This document shows, in pieces, positions 33,556-47,552 of a stretch of DNA of 60,000 nucleotides. The stretch comes from Schmidtea polychroa. Lineage: Eukaryota. The notes under the pieces were generated by a model, which did no database searches, had not been told where the DNA came from, and saw only the letters and a program-made list of their open reading frames with translations. Position numbers and translations under genes: made by a program. The stretch is from positions 13,270,001 to 13,330,000 of the forward strand of contig CM097885.1 of assembly GCA_044892525.1 (NCBI GenBank), read 5' to 3'. How positions within the stretch are numbered: the first letter of the stretch is position 1; each line of letters starts with the position of its first letter.

Positions 33556-34538
33556 TTTTATTAACATTATCATTGCGTTATCATGGATTTCGTAATATTC
33601 TGTTAAAAAAAATTATTAAAATTTTTAATTATAAAAGAATAATTTTTAGTGATTAACGATTTATTTGATTACAATGCATTCTACGTATTCTTCACAGGAT
33701 GCCTAAAATGGCCGAATAATAATTTTTCTTATTTTTTTAATAATAAATATGTAGTTTTCGCTTGTAAAGCCTTAATATAATTTTTCATTCATGCTTTGTT
33801 CATTGAGATGAAGTTTTAATTGACTAATATATGGTAATTAATTACTCTAGGCGGGAGAAATTATTTTTTAAAACATTTCATGTTAATTTCGACTTATTTA
33901 GAAAGCCAGGGATATTAAAATAAAATTTAAGTGACCAACGATTTATTCACTAAGAATTGTCAAGTGTGGAGCGTTTACGGTATTACGGTATGTGGCATAA
34001 AGTGCGCAAGCTTATTCCATATTCTATTGGTTAATTAATCGTAGATTTCATGTTTAACCAATCAAATAATTGCCAATTGAAATCGCAGTGACATCTAAAA
34101 TAAAAATACAATATTTTCTTTTGAATGGTTTATTTCTACAAACATATGTAATTATTTGTTTGCCAGATTTTGTTATTTAATTTTGACACCCTCAATTGAC
34201 TTGTAACTATAAAATAAAAAAAGTATTAAAAATGTATAGTTGTAAAATTTTACCTAATAGTATTCTTAAAATATAATATTTAATATGGAAAACGGAAGAA
34301 ATAACACCATTTTTTGTAAAGTTTTAATTGATAAAAAGGCGTTATCTCTGTCAGACCCTGTAGGTTACTCGTTTTCAAGAGATAAAAAAGAATAAAATAA
34401 TACATAAATAAAAAACAAACCTAATAAATTATCTCGAAAAGAAAAAAATTATTTATTTAGTGCGCTTATCCTTAAATGTGGTGCATAAGTATTAAAAGTT
34501 ACATTTATGTTTGAAACAAGGAATCAAAATATTAGAGT

Positions 34539-34980
34539 TGTTGGACTAAAATTGATTTTAAGCACACATAGTTAAAGCTTGACTGAAACACGTCGGAACA
34601 TAGCAGCCAGACACAACAGTAAGTAAAGTTAAACTAAAAACACGCTGAAAAACACGAAGTAATAAGAATTAAAAGAATTTACACAACATCAAAATGATAA
34701 ACACAAAAGTAAAATAAAATGAAACAAAAGCAAGAAGTATGACACGAAAACAAACTCAAAAAGCAATCGACGGCAATCGGTCAAAGTCAATTATTGCCTA
34801 ACAAATTTGTAGAATTATTACAACAGAAGTAAGCAAATTTGAATTAATGGCGATAAGAGAAAGTACGGATGGAAATTAGAAAGATTTCCCCAAAATATCA
34901 TCAGAAAATAAACTAAGAATAAATATTTTATAAGAAAAATGGCTTATTAGGGTTCATGAAAAGAAATAGTTCAGAAATCA
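34539..34980 (+). repeat. A-rich dispersed repeat starting TGTTGGACTA (further copies ~44024-44450 and 46385-46790), possibly LTR fragments
   Basis: Shared TGTTGGACTA.AA.TGATTTT, AAAAGTAAAATAAAATGAAACAAAAGCAAGAAGTAT and AATTAGAAAGATTTCC.CAAAATA.CATCA. Confidence 0.7.
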
Positions 34981-37900
34981 CTGCTCTACACTTTCATTTT
35001 AATTAATATATGTTTAGAACATTTTAATAAAATGTATTTTTCATTTATATTATCTGTTGGTTACTTAGGGGTGTGTCATTTTCACATTTTAAAATACGTT
35101 AGGGGTAATTATAGATATTCGTTCGACTCTTTCCTAAGTACCTCCATGACTATTGCAATTCAAACCATTTGTGTACCCATGGCGACGACCATGTTGGTAC
35201 TGTACACAAAGGCGAAAAAATCAATGAGCAGGTGAGCCCTATTGCTAAAACTACTCCCCATTGTATTTTCTCTTCGGGTTCTAGACGGCCGATAGAAGGT
35301 GTTACGTCATCAATCATTTTCTATCTCCACTTTCTACCTTTCTATCTCATTTAGCTATGGATCCGGGTCTCTGGATGTTTTCTATTGTTCCTTTTCAAAA
35401 TTTTGTGCAGGGATTCGCCCTTATTTTTCTGGCGTAAATCATTATGTGTTTTCTATAACATTTGCCGATAAATGTCGTTCCATGTTTTCGGCGGTTCTTG
35501 TGAAAAATGTAACTTAATTCTTTAAAAATTTGAGTAGGGGTCCGTTATTCCCAAGTTGATAAACCTGTTCCTACAATCCCCATAAAAATTTTGAGCAGGG
35601 ATCTACCTGTATTTATAATCCTGAATTATCGGGTATCTTAACTATTCGTGGTTTCTATAAGATTGCCTAAACCTACTTTGTCTACCGACAACTGGACATA
35701 ACTATCCTATTATTTCTCCTAACTCAGAAATATCTATGAAAAATAAAAGTGACTGAGCCATCCTACACTATCTAACTCTAAATAAGGCCCTAAACTATCG
35801 CAAATTTATTTTACCCTCTCAAACCGTTCACATCCCTATCTCTATCCCCTACCCCGATGGACCCAACTGGCGAAACATCTGTCGACTAACAGCACGTAGT
35901 GACGCCCGTCCACAAACCTTCCCCAGCCCAGAACATCGACACATAAATATCATGGAAAAACCCAACCTAAATTATAATATTATTCAAAATTAAAAACAAA
36001 AAATAGCATAAACAAAAGACAAGCATTAATTAAAACAAATTCCATTAAAAATTTTATTAATTCATAAAATTGCATAACATTAGACTTAACAACAACAAAA
36101 TAAATAATACCATACCAATTAACGAAAATTAACTTCCATTTAAAGTAACATTATACTTAACAAAATTACATTACAAAAAAAATGAAATTTACCTCACCGC
36201 GATGGCATGAAATCGAAAATGAGAGCATATGTTCACCGCCAGTTAGCGAATTGTTGTGTAAATCTGAAAAAACCAGTCTAACCATTTGAATAACTGAAAT
36301 TTCAATCCGTATTTATACTGATTGAGTTGTACGCCTACGCATTCTCTGCTCTTATATCCAATTAGAATGCGAGGCAATTCTGGTTAATTTTTGCATGCAT
36401 GCATGAATGTGTGCAATTGTTAATTTTTTTTAATTTAATTAATTTAATTAATCAAAGTTCTATTTTTTATTAATTTTTAAGATTTATTTTTATAAATTCT
36501 ATAATTTAAATAGTTTTGTTAATTTTAATTTAGTTTTACAAGTTTTATAATTTAAATAAGTTCAGTTAATTTTACTTTAGTTTCATTAATTTAAACAATT
36601 TGGTTTTATAAGTTTTATAATTTAAATAATTTTGTTGATTTTATTTTTAGTTTTCATTAAACAATTTAGTTTTATAAATTTTATAGTTTATCTAATTTTA
36701 CTACTTTTATTCTACTTTTTATTATTTTATCCGTTTACTAGATATTTTATTTTAAATTTTACATTTATATATTTAAAAAATTTCCATATTATTAATTAAT
36801 TTATTACCCATTATTCTATTTATTATTATTTTTATTTTTAGTTGTTAGATAGTCCGAATGCGATATTTCTCCTAATGGTGTTAGTGATTGCGACCTTTAT
36901 TTGCGTTCCTTTATTTTATTACCCGGGTCTTATCTATCATCCATGAGTTATGTACTTTAGTTTGTATTGATTGGTGTTTTAATTTAACTTGGTGCGATTT
37001 TTATGTTATATATTTTTGATTCATTAAAACAAGCTCTCGATTCTCGGTTCTAGCCCAACATATCTTTTATTATTAAAAAAGCTAAAATTCTTTTCATATA
37101 ATTACAATTATAATTTTATGTTTTCATTCGTTTGTCTTCGTAAAATAGTTTTCCGTTTACTAGTGCGACCTTGAATTTAATAGTTTTTTAATTTAATTGT
37201 AAATTTTATATTTTAATTTTTCAATATTTAATATAAATTTTGATTAAAGCTTAATTATAAAACCGACTCAGAGGTCGGAACTTCGGGGATTTTCACCGAG
37301 GCCCCGCGCTTTCATATTTATAACAATTATTAATAACTAGGGCAAGTTTTGACACAAAATGCATCGTTTTTTACAAGTAGGATGTTAACATAGGTATTTC
37401 CATACATTAACATCTCTCTTGTTAATGTTGCTTCTTTATATGTCTGTACATGTTACGTCATCTGCTTCCTCATTGTCTTAAAGTAAAAGAGCAATGTTCG
37501 CCTTACGCATATACACCACTCCGCTCTCCACAGCCGTGTGTGGCACACATAAAGACGTTGACAAAAATTGTGCGTTCTCCTCGTAGTTATACCTAATTCC
37601 AAAATATAAAAGTTTCGATAATATTCGTTGGTGTTATCAATAGGCTATGTTGTCAATAGAGCAGGAGGTAACAAAAAATATAACTTTTGATGATAATTTT
37701 GAGGAATTAGCAGAAAAAAAGTTTGTACAAAATAAGAAAAAACATTATGTTTATGTATGTATATTATTGAATATATTGAAGAAATAAATATTTCATTAAA
37801 TAAATTGTTAGAATTCTGTTCATGTATCATTTCTTCCTTTTTGAGATGGAGCCCCACATTTATATTGTCTTACGTTGTTACGAGTGACAAATTCTTAGTA

Positions 37901-38024
37901 AATTTCATCCATTGACAGACTATCGATCATATCTTGATGACAGTGACAAAGGGCTGAAGGGGTCAGTAACTTGTATGTTATTGCTAAGCACAGGCGTATA
38001 AAGTATATTAAAATATAACATTTC

Positions 38025-38061
38025 TATATATTTCGACCGTTTAACAAACAGTCTTCTTCAG
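38025..38061 (-). ncRNA. Candidate minimal hammerhead ribozyme core (Penelope-type)
   Basis: Minus strand reads CUGAAGA-A-GACUGUUU-guu-AAACGGUC-GAAA-UAUA-UA: both conserved boxes, an 8-bp stem II and a palindromic YRYR loop before UH. Stem I is poor. Confidence 0.45.
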
Positions 38062-38523
38062 GCTAGGAATCATATTAATCACAACTAAATGAAAATAATA
38101 ATATCTATAGAAATTAAAAATAATAATCGCATTAATACTGTATAATAAAGTAATTTTAAAAAACATTTTGTTTAATCAATTTTGTGTGTTTTTAAATTTA
38201 AATTGATTTTTATATGATTAAACAAAATGTTTTTTTTAAATTAAGATTTAAGCATATATTAACACGTCATACGCTTGGCAAGAAATCGATATATGGCCAT
38301 TTCACCGATCTGGGTCCTATACTAAATAAACGATGAGATAAAGATATTATGTAACACATGAATCAGCCAGGTCTGGTGATGATAATAATTTTGGTAGAGA
38401 TACTGATCGGATTCTATCCTATTCACATGTTGTTATTACAAGTAACTCATTTTCGGACGAAATCACCAACAGAAATTTGTCGATTATCATTCGATTTTAC
38501 TAGAACGTCTTGATATTATTGCT

Positions 38524-39523
38524 TGTTACAGGTTAGGTTTTAACGCCCCTGGATCTATGTTTGACCAGTGGTTATATAGCTTGAATTAACACAATTGTTG
38601 GGTTATTGAGTTGGTGAAACTGTTTGTAAATTCAAACTTTTACTCTGACTCCAAAGCGTGTTTATTAATTCACAATTCAACACTCTCGAACACAATAAGC
38701 TTTATTAATATCCACACGAAATTGTACTAATTTCAATTACAACCAATTAACTATAAACCAATTTATCAAACAGAGCTTATTTCGACACTACGTGAAGAAT
38801 AGCCCTTTCTGTAATCACAACAATAATCACTAGCCGTCAACTACTCAATTACAGAATATATTGATCGATTGTTCTATTTGCTTTGACCACACAATTTATT
38901 TACTCCACTTTTACTTTATATTCAATTCTATAAAAGATTCTCGTCACTTCTTGTTTCACTCTGTTTTGATTCTCCTTTTTAACTCTTTTCGTCTCTAATT
39001 TTGTTCTACTTTTTGTCTCTAATTTCGTTCTGTTTTCGTTCTATTTTTGTTCTGATTTTGTTCTGATTTTGTGTCCACCAGTTTTCCTTTATATAGTTAT
39101 TTTGTTTATGACACTGACGACAGATTTTGTTTTCCCATTTCCATTTTCTTCTGCGTTCCCCGCTATGTCAGCCTTATCTCTGACAGATGTCGAGATATTT
39201 TCCCTTTTCCCTTTTTTGTTTGACCGCCTTCTTCCAGCAATTACGTTATCACTGGCAGGCTGTCGAGATAATAATATTGTTGTTTTCCTTTTTCCCTGAT
39301 TTCAAAATTCCTTTTCCTTTTTGTACTAATTAATTAGTACTGACCTTGGCTTTTATTTTCGTGTTTGATTCCTTTTATTTCCTTTATCTTTCTCATTTTT
39401 CATTTCTTTTTACTTCCGTTTTCTTTTCTGAGTTCCCATAAATCGTCCCGTTTGTCATGGCGATCTTCCCCCCAGGTAATTATATTTATTTATTTATAAA
39501 TTGCTATTTTGGTATCCTCAACA
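38524..39523 (-). mobile_element. Second copy of the TGTTGAGGATACC LTR-like repeat; left boundary uncertain
   Basis: Collinear similarity to ~30990-31381, ending at the same GGTATCCTCAACA. Confidence 0.55.
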
Positions 39524-42080
39524 CAACTAAAGGTTCTAATCGGAAATTCTATCCACTAAATATTGTCGACTGCCGAAAATGAAAAAAGGCGCTTGATTTT
39601 ATTTATTATTTGACGAAATTCAATCATCAATTTAAATTCTTTAACAATGAGCATACGTATATCACTCAGATACTCAAAATCATCTTATTCATTTACTAAT
39701 AAATCTCTCTTATTTTGTCCTGGACTACTAAGTGCGTGGAGGTCGTTATTCTGTAATCTTGATTGATATTTGTGGGTTGTGATTGTTCTGAAGAGTGACG
39801 TAAAATGTGTCTATATGCATTCTAGCGATCAATATTCTACTACATTGATATGAATTCCTAGGGTACGATTCGTGTATGTTCTCTCTCTCTCTCTCTTCTA
39901 GTTTAATCATTATTTGTTCGCCATCAAAACCTATACATTGAGTCATATTAACGAAGATGTAGCTTTGTTAAGACACTGTTGAAATGGGTGGATATCGATA
40001 GACCGTGTATCTCTCAGAATCATAATGAACTCGTCATGGATTTGTTAATTCTATTCTGGCTATGCGGTTATTTATCATTTTCAATTCGAATATATCCTTA
40101 GGGTATTCAAATGATCGACCATCATTTTACTGTGAGATCTATCATGATAAAGCATGTATGAAAAATGCATAATGTGGTTATTTACTAAACTCGGGTATGG
40201 TTGATCATGATAATTAATGTTTTCCTTAATAAATTGGATTTTTCTTAATTAAAAATCAAAGCCCTTATCCATCTATGTTCCTATCTATTCTATTAACCAC
40301 AATACATTCCAAGTAGTATAAACCCAGTTCATTCGCTAGAGTACAAAAAATCATATCAGAACTGATCAAAGCTTCCAATTTGCAAAAAGAATGATTCCAT
40401 TTCATGTCACAAAAATTTAGATACGAGTTTATCTTTTGATTTTACAACTTGCAATAAAACTTAGATCACATAGCTTTCACAAATATAAGCACGTCTAAAT
40501 ACGAGTTTATGATATCCATTCAATAAAGCCTCGATGCATTTGCCTATTTTCTGTTAAAATGTTGAAAGACAACAATCACAAAAAATCGTTACTATGAATA
40601 TAACGAAAATAAAACCTGCTTACAACTTCGATCAATCTTATTAAATAATCCGAACCTAAAATCATTAAGAAGTCAAATTTCCTTATGAATCAAGGGATTT
40701 TTATTGAAAATCATGAAGCATGATTTCTCAGTGAAATTGTTAACATTATTTTTACCTACTCATTAATTTGACTGTCAAACACTTACACAAATGAAAACAC
40801 ACAGCTCCTATTTTTCATTTCTGCATGAATTAAAAAAATCGAAGCAATTAAGTTCCCATAAACTTTTTCTAAGACCGAATAAAAAATTTTCTTATTACTT
40901 TTAAAATTAATTTTTGTAGCTTTTTTACGAATTATCATTTTCTGACGGTTCTTCGTCGTGTTGTAACCTGATTGGGAATGTAATACAAAATGTTGCTTAT
41001 CCCGATCATTATGTAAAAATCATCATTTAAGAATTCCTCCATCGTAAAATTTCGATTCGGGAGGTATTAGTTTTTATCTAGTAAACATGTTGATTCCACC
41101 AAAGTTATCATTTAACACCATAAACAATTTAAAACCCTTATTAAAATAAAAGATTTAAATCATTCAAATTAAAAGTTAACTAATAATCATTTAATTAATG
41201 ACGGAATTGTCGCTAGATAAATTTAGATTTTGCTGAGAGATAATACGTACAATTATTTGAAAAAACACGTTAATTAAATTATTTCCATATTACGCAATTG
41301 TTTATAATTTAGTATCTCGTCAATTAATTTTTAAAAATATTTTAAGTTTACTTTAAGGACAAATTAATTAAGAAATAATTATTCTTGTGCAATATTCTAA
41401 TCATTTTTTTCGAAAATACTTTAACCTGATGTTTGTTTTAATTTTTCGTCTAATAATACACTAATACAAGATAAATTGAAACATTTTTTCATTTAATTTT
41501 TGAAAATAAATAATTATAAAAAAACATCCTAAATAAGAAAACACTTTTCTTTTAAAAAAAAGAAAAATTTTTGTAACACTTAGATAATTATAGTATCAAT
41601 TTGTATAAAAACTAATTAAAAAAATCCATTTACTCGACTAAATATATTACATTAACAATTATCAAAATATGTAACAAAAAATAAAGTGAAAAATTTTTAA
41701 ATTGTTTTCAAAGAAAATTAACCAATTTTTAATCATATACACAAAACAATATACAAATATTTTGATGCTTCTTGACAAGTTTCTCTTATCAAAGATAATA
41801 TAAAATTATCTGGAGGTCAGTTTAGAATATAAATTTAATTATATTCAACTTCAAATCACTTAATTTTATTTAACATATTATTAGTTTTTACGCAATACGA
41901 TAATAAAAACTTATTAAAATTTTCACAAATATCTTATTATTAAAAGTATTATCAAATAAAAACAATAATGACAATTGGCATTTATATTTCAACAATTAAA
42001 CATAGAAATTAATAAAATTTTCTTAAGCATTTTAAATGCATTTAACATTTGACAAAATAGAAACTTTTGTAAACTTCATG

Positions 42081-42788
42081 TTATCGTTTTTTCTTTAATA
42101 GAAAACTGATTATTTCTGATTTGAAATCACTTAAATAAGTTGTAACATCTTGCATTATTTCTTTCTTTAATTCATGATACAACTCACTTTTCAATTCAGC
42201 CATATCAATTTGATTATTGTGAAGGTCAATCTCTTCATTTGGTTTATTAAAACTAACATTAGAGTTGGTGATTTTGTCTTGTAAAGATTTTCTAAAATTT
42301 TCTTCGATTATTTTTGCTAAATCTTTCACAGTTACAAAATTCCCTTCTGTAGGTTCGTTAATAATGTTTTTATTAGAATAATAATTGGAATTTTCATATT
42401 TACCTGAATTTGATTTAATATTAGATTTAATATTTGGATTTTGAAATGAATTTAAGCCAACATTCAATCTTTTCTCTGAGTTTAAACTTTCAAAGTACAA
42501 ATTTTCATTAATTGGAGCCGGAGGCATGGGAAATTTATTTGGTGGATCGTCAGGTGACAAATACTTTTCCACTATTGAAATAGATAATGAAGTAATATCA
42601 TCATCTTTGTTTGTCGGACGATTATTTTGAAATGTTTCTGATCTTTTTGAAATCTGAGAATAAATATTTGGAGTGGAATTCAAGTACGTATCCTGCTTAC
42701 TCTGAAGTCTTTCCTGTTTCAGTTGATCATTTTTTATGCGATAAATATATTTTAAATGATTTAGTTCTTCGCTTAATTTTGACTGCAT
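42081..42788 (-). CDS. Hypothetical 235-aa protein: N- and C-terminal helices, Pro-rich patch, Asn/Ser-rich linker
   Basis: Long ATG ORF in AAAAATG context, 11 nt downstream of a TTTTTGCAG acceptor with an in-frame stop between them. This suggests a 5'-UTR intron and a single coding exon. Confidence 0.65.
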   Translation of the reverse strand: MQSKLSEELNHLKYIYRIKNDQLKQERLQSKQDTYLNSTPNIYSQISKRSETFQNNRPTNKDDDITSLSISIVEKYLSPDDPPNKFPMPPAPINENLYFESLNSEKRLNVGLNSFQNPNIKSNIKSNSGKYENSNYYSNKNIINEPTEGNFVTVKDLAKIIEENFRKSLQDKITNSNVSFNKPNEEIDLHNNQIDMAELKSELYHELKKEIMQDVTTYLSDFKSEIISFLLKKKR

Positions 42789-43873
42789 TTTTTAAGAAAC
42801 TGCAAAAATATTAGTTAATTAATTTTAATGTATTTAAAATATTTTAATCTTATTTAAATAAAATCTAATTTTTAAAATATATTTTCGATTCAAATAAGAT
42901 TTTTTGAGATTAATATTTAAATATTTTTACAAATTTATTTTTAAATTTAGAATAATATCGGAAATATTTGCAAGTAATTATTAATTTAAAATAAGCTAAA
43001 AATAAATAATTTTCAATAAAAGGATAAAAATTTTGGAATAAATCAAATCAATTCTTAATTCAGTAAAATCTTTTTTTCTAAATAAATTCTATTTTAATTT
43101 TTATTTGGAAAACATTTGAAAAAACTGTTTCGTAAAGTCGTGTTAAATAAATAAGTATATTGATTTTGTCTAAAAACAAAATAATACTAAGTAAATTGAC
43201 CATTCTTAAATAATCCTTAAAATAAATACTTTTCTTAAAAGAAAATAATAGGAGATTTTCATGTACATGTTGTTATAACTAAAGCAGACCTGGAAAGGTT
43301 TTCCAGAAAAAATATTACTATTTAATATTTATTCATTTATAAAAATTATTTAACAGAATCCTCTCTTGTTTATCTTGACTTTTTTCTTTTAAGAGGAAAG
43401 TTCCCTAAAAGTTTTATCAAAAATCTTTAATACAAAACTTATAAAATTGTACGAATTTTACGGAGATAATAATCGTCCAGTGAATGATAGCCGAAAGAAA
43501 ATTAAAGTAAATTATATGTTGACCTTGATTCAGATTCTTAGTCTTGATGGAAATGTTGAGATTTGATGCAGTAATGTCTGGGGTCAAAATGCATGTAAGA
43601 TCATACATTTATTTATAATTAAGAAATGATGAATTGAATGAAGTTTAATCTCGAAATCTATGCTGGAATTAACCAAATTCGTTTAGAAAAGGATTAAATT
43701 ATTCAAATATTAATTCGTGAGATAATTTTTGTTATGGAAGTCGATTTAGAGTACTTTCTTTCAAACTGCTTTAAGTTTAACTTTTACAATTGATTAATTC
43801 AAAGTGTACATAATTTTAATGAATTTTTAAAATAATCAATGACCTATGAGCTACATAAAAAAGTATATATATA

Positions 43874-44010
43874 ATTGAACATGTCCATCAGGCAAAATAT
43901 TACGCATAAATCCTCGACTGTACACCGGATGCAAGTCATGTTGAACAGATGGCAATGATAGTGCGTTTTGTGGACATGGAAAAACTGGACAGTCAGAAGT
44001 CTTCATTAGG
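43874..44010 (+). pseudogene. hAT transposase fragment covering the first catalytic Asp region
   Basis: Translates IEHVHQAKYYA*ILDCTPDASHVEQMAMIVRFVD, matching the hAT motif AKYFSIILDCTPDxSHxEQ...RFV, with an internal stop. A hAT-like end (GCCTAGGG...CCCCTG) lies at ~45236-45280. Confidence 0.8.
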
Positions 44011-44535
44011 AAAAAGTTTTATGTGTTGAGCTAGAACTGATTTCTAGACCCACAAATTAGAATAATGATGAAGTGTGTTGGTACACAACACGCATATCCA
44101 GTATTTAGTTTACTTAAACTAAAACATATAAAAACACCAAGTAAACAATAATAATAAAGAGAACAACACACAAAACTTAAAACATCTAAATAATAATAAA
44201 ATAAAACCCACCAAGAAGTACAGAACCTACTCAAATATAACCGGAAAAACATAAAACAGCAAAAATAAATTCGAATAAAGACGATCAATAAAAATTAGAA
44301 AGAGAATTTCCAAAAAAAATCTAACTTAAAGAAAATTATATCAAAATTTTAAATAAAAATTCAGAACAATCCATGAAAAATGACAAAATCCATCATGACC
44401 GCCAAACGACCCAAAAAAATTTATAAAAAAAGTAAATATTTTAGTTAAAATATAAAAATTTTCAAAAAAGAATTCACGAAAAGCATTTAAAAAATAGGAA
44501 ATAGATTAAATTTAACATGGAATGTTCTGGAAATG

Positions 44536-45037
44536 CGACACCCCGACAAAAGAGCGCACGACAAAAGAGCGCCGACATAAGATCGCTGACATAAGACCTC
44601 AAAACTATGCTAATGATTCAATATTCTACAAGGTATACCCCACAACCTAGCAGTATAAATGTAACTATAAAGAAACGTTTTATTAGTTTGAACTTCCTTT
44701 CATTTTGTTACATTTCATTTCATTTTATATTCTCACTTTAGGCCTAACATTTAAAATCTTTTTATGTGTTATTAGATTGCTTTTTCAATAATTGGACATC
44801 AGTTGATAGTATATAATAGTTAAGATGTCCGCAAACATTCAGTTGATTAGACCAGTTTTTTAGTTAAAGAAACTGAACAATTAGTTTTTTAATGAAACAA
44901 TAGAGAATTAACATCAAACTATGCCGTCTGATCTGAGTTAATTTTCTTGTTCCTATTTATTAAATATTGTTTTTCGATCTTTAGTTTGCGCTCTTATGTC
45001 GGCGCTCTTTTGTCGTGCGCTCTTTTGACTGTTCACG
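44536..45037. mobile_element. ~500-bp non-autonomous foldback MITE (MULE-like architecture)
   Basis: Inverted arrays of CGACA(A/T)AAGAGCGC at both ends; direct repeat TGGAAATG(C) at 44528 and 45038, i.e. an 8- or 9-bp TSD. Confidence 0.8.
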
Positions 45038-46803
45038 TGGAAATGCCTATATCCATCATTGTGGCAAATTTAATAAAAAATAATTCAAGAATAAAATTTT
45101 GAAAATAAAAACAAAAATTATTACATCAAAATCGCTGTCAAAATCGATAAAAATTGAAAATCGAATGTTCTAAAATTAAATTAATTCGAAAATGTTTCAG
45201 TTGACATTCTTTCAGGTAGGCGCTTCATAAAAGTTTGCCTAGGGTGCTCAGCTCGGACAAAATTTCTTCAGCCTCCCCTGTTTAGTGATACAGTCAAGCC
45301 ATATATACGGTCGAATATTTAGTATCGACAGCTTACATGCAGGAGGTGAGTGCAGATCAAGTGATCGAAAATGATGTTGCAATTTTTTGAAGATACCTAA
45401 AAAATAAATAATATTATAAATAATTAGAATAATTTGGAGTAAAACCGATAGGATGATTGAGATAGCATTCTGAAACTTGGAGGAGAAATCAGAAAGGAAA
45501 AAATTGAGAAATGACGAAGGAATAACAAAACAAAAAAAATTCAACAATAAAGCGGAGAAAAGTCACTTATAATTAATAAGTGCAAGAAAGCAAAAAGGAA
45601 TTCCAAAATTGGAAAACAAAAAAACAAAACACGAAAACAAAATCGGGGTCTCCGACCTTTTACAGATAACGTAGGATATAGAAAGAAGTATGGAAAATGC
45701 CAGAAGCAGAAATGGAAAAAAATATCAAATTATTCTGAATGCGGAACTGTCAGGGGCATTACTAATTAACATGTTTCTAGCAATCAAAAGATGACCTTTT
45801 CTTTGTTTTTGTGGATAAATGGTCTTTTTATTTGCTCTTTCAAGGTGATATGATCAACTTTTCTTTCTAATTCCACCAGTAGTTAATGTAGTTGCTTGTC
45901 TTCAGCGCATAGACATTCTTCATCCGGTTTCATCACACCAGACAAACCTTCAAATGCCATATTAATATTTTCTATTTGGCTTTTTATAAACTTCTTGCAC
46001 TTTCTTATGACAATATCAATTTCATTTCTACCGATTGGTGTGACAACACTGAAAAGTTGAGTTTATTCTTCAGCGATAAAAATATTTTACTTAGTAATTT
46101 GAATCCTTTCAATTTTGACTTTTCATTTTCTGCATGAGCTAAATAACACCCAATTACAGCAGTTTCTTTTGGCATTTTGCAGAAAGAATCTGTCATTATT
46201 ATAATATGACCTCCTTCATAGTTCATAATTTATGCTGATTTGCTTATGAGCATAGAAATACTATGCGTTTATAAACTTATATGTCCGTGTAGGGTGAACT
46301 TATTTTAAATCAGGGAAAGAAATAAATGATGATTTTATGTTTTATGTGTAAAAGTTCATTCAAAAGTAAAATTGGAATTACCGTTGTTGGACTATAACTG
46401 ATTTTGAGTTCAAGTGGTTGAATCGTTACTGAAAAGCACATAGCACGCAAACATAGCATCAAGTTGAGTCAAACTAAAATACTTTCGAACATAAACTAAA
46501 CAACTAAACAGAATTCACTTAACACCAAAATAATAAGCCCAAAAGTAAAATAAAATGAAACAAAAGCAAGAAGTATAACATGAAGTCAACTTAAACACAA
46601 CATAGAAGTAACATAATAGAAGTAAACAAATTTGAATTAATAGCAATAAGGAGAGATAGAAATGCAAATTAGAAAGATTTCCACAAAATAACATCAAAAA
46701 ATAAATTAGAGATAAAAATTACAAGAGAAATAAATAGAAAAACTAGAATATTCCATAAAAATGGGGAAATCCATCATGCCCACCAAGTAATTTAGCAAAG
46801 TTA

Positions 46804-47230
46804 CCGTATTTTTCGGGCCATGAGGCGCACACATTAAATGACACAAAACTCCGATAAGTCAAACTTTATTCAAATCTATTCAACTCTTTCATAATAACTC
46901 TTAACTTTGTTCAGTGTTACACACATAAAATACAAAACAATACACTGACCTTTTTGTTTATTCTATTCCTATAACAAAAATCCATCAAATTCTTCATCTT
47001 CAGTGTCTGAGTTTAACAGTTGAGTGATTTCGGCATCAAGCATGCCCGGATCCCTCTCATCATCATATTCATTATCAGAGTCAGTCTCGTTGCTGTTACT
47101 TAGCTGTCCAGCCTTCCTGAAGGATTATAGATTATATAAACTTTTATATTTCAGATTTAGGTGTAAAATCTGTTCTAAGTCAGGAAGCCAGAAAGCACAA
47201 CCATACATTAGGCGCACCGCATTATAAGGT
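46804..47230 (-). mobile_element. pogo/Tigger-type DNA transposon remnant
   Basis: TA + CCGTATTTTTCGGGCCATGAGGCGCAC end and AGGCGCACCGCATTATAAGG subterminal motif. Minus-strand ~46978-47110 translates ...ETDSDNEYDDERDPGMLDAEITQLLNSDTEDEEFDGF, the acidic tail typical of pogo transposases. Confidence 0.75.
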
Positions 47231-47552
47231 AATCAGTGTAATTCCTTGTAATTTATTTATTGAATGCAAAGTCCTATAGAGATAATTTTAACCAAGAGAC
47301 GACAAACTGAGAGGGGCCCAAAAGAAAGTCAAACATAGGTCTTCTAACGGCAGTCCATGAACTCACTCGATGGCTTTCCAATTATAGTGTACAAGGTACG
47401 CTGATTTTTCGGAAGTAATCACCCACTCGATACAATTCCAACGTTGATTACTTAACGCGTACCGAGCGTTACAACATTCTTGTATTTTGGGTAACGCTGG
47501 AAACAGCACGAAAGGATACAACGTGTATTACCTGTAATTCGCCACTGTATTT

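Noticed and set aside
45780..46226. Coding-like minus-strand segment (73-aa ORF and downstream)
   Set aside because: Interrupted by stops, with no family motif recognised.
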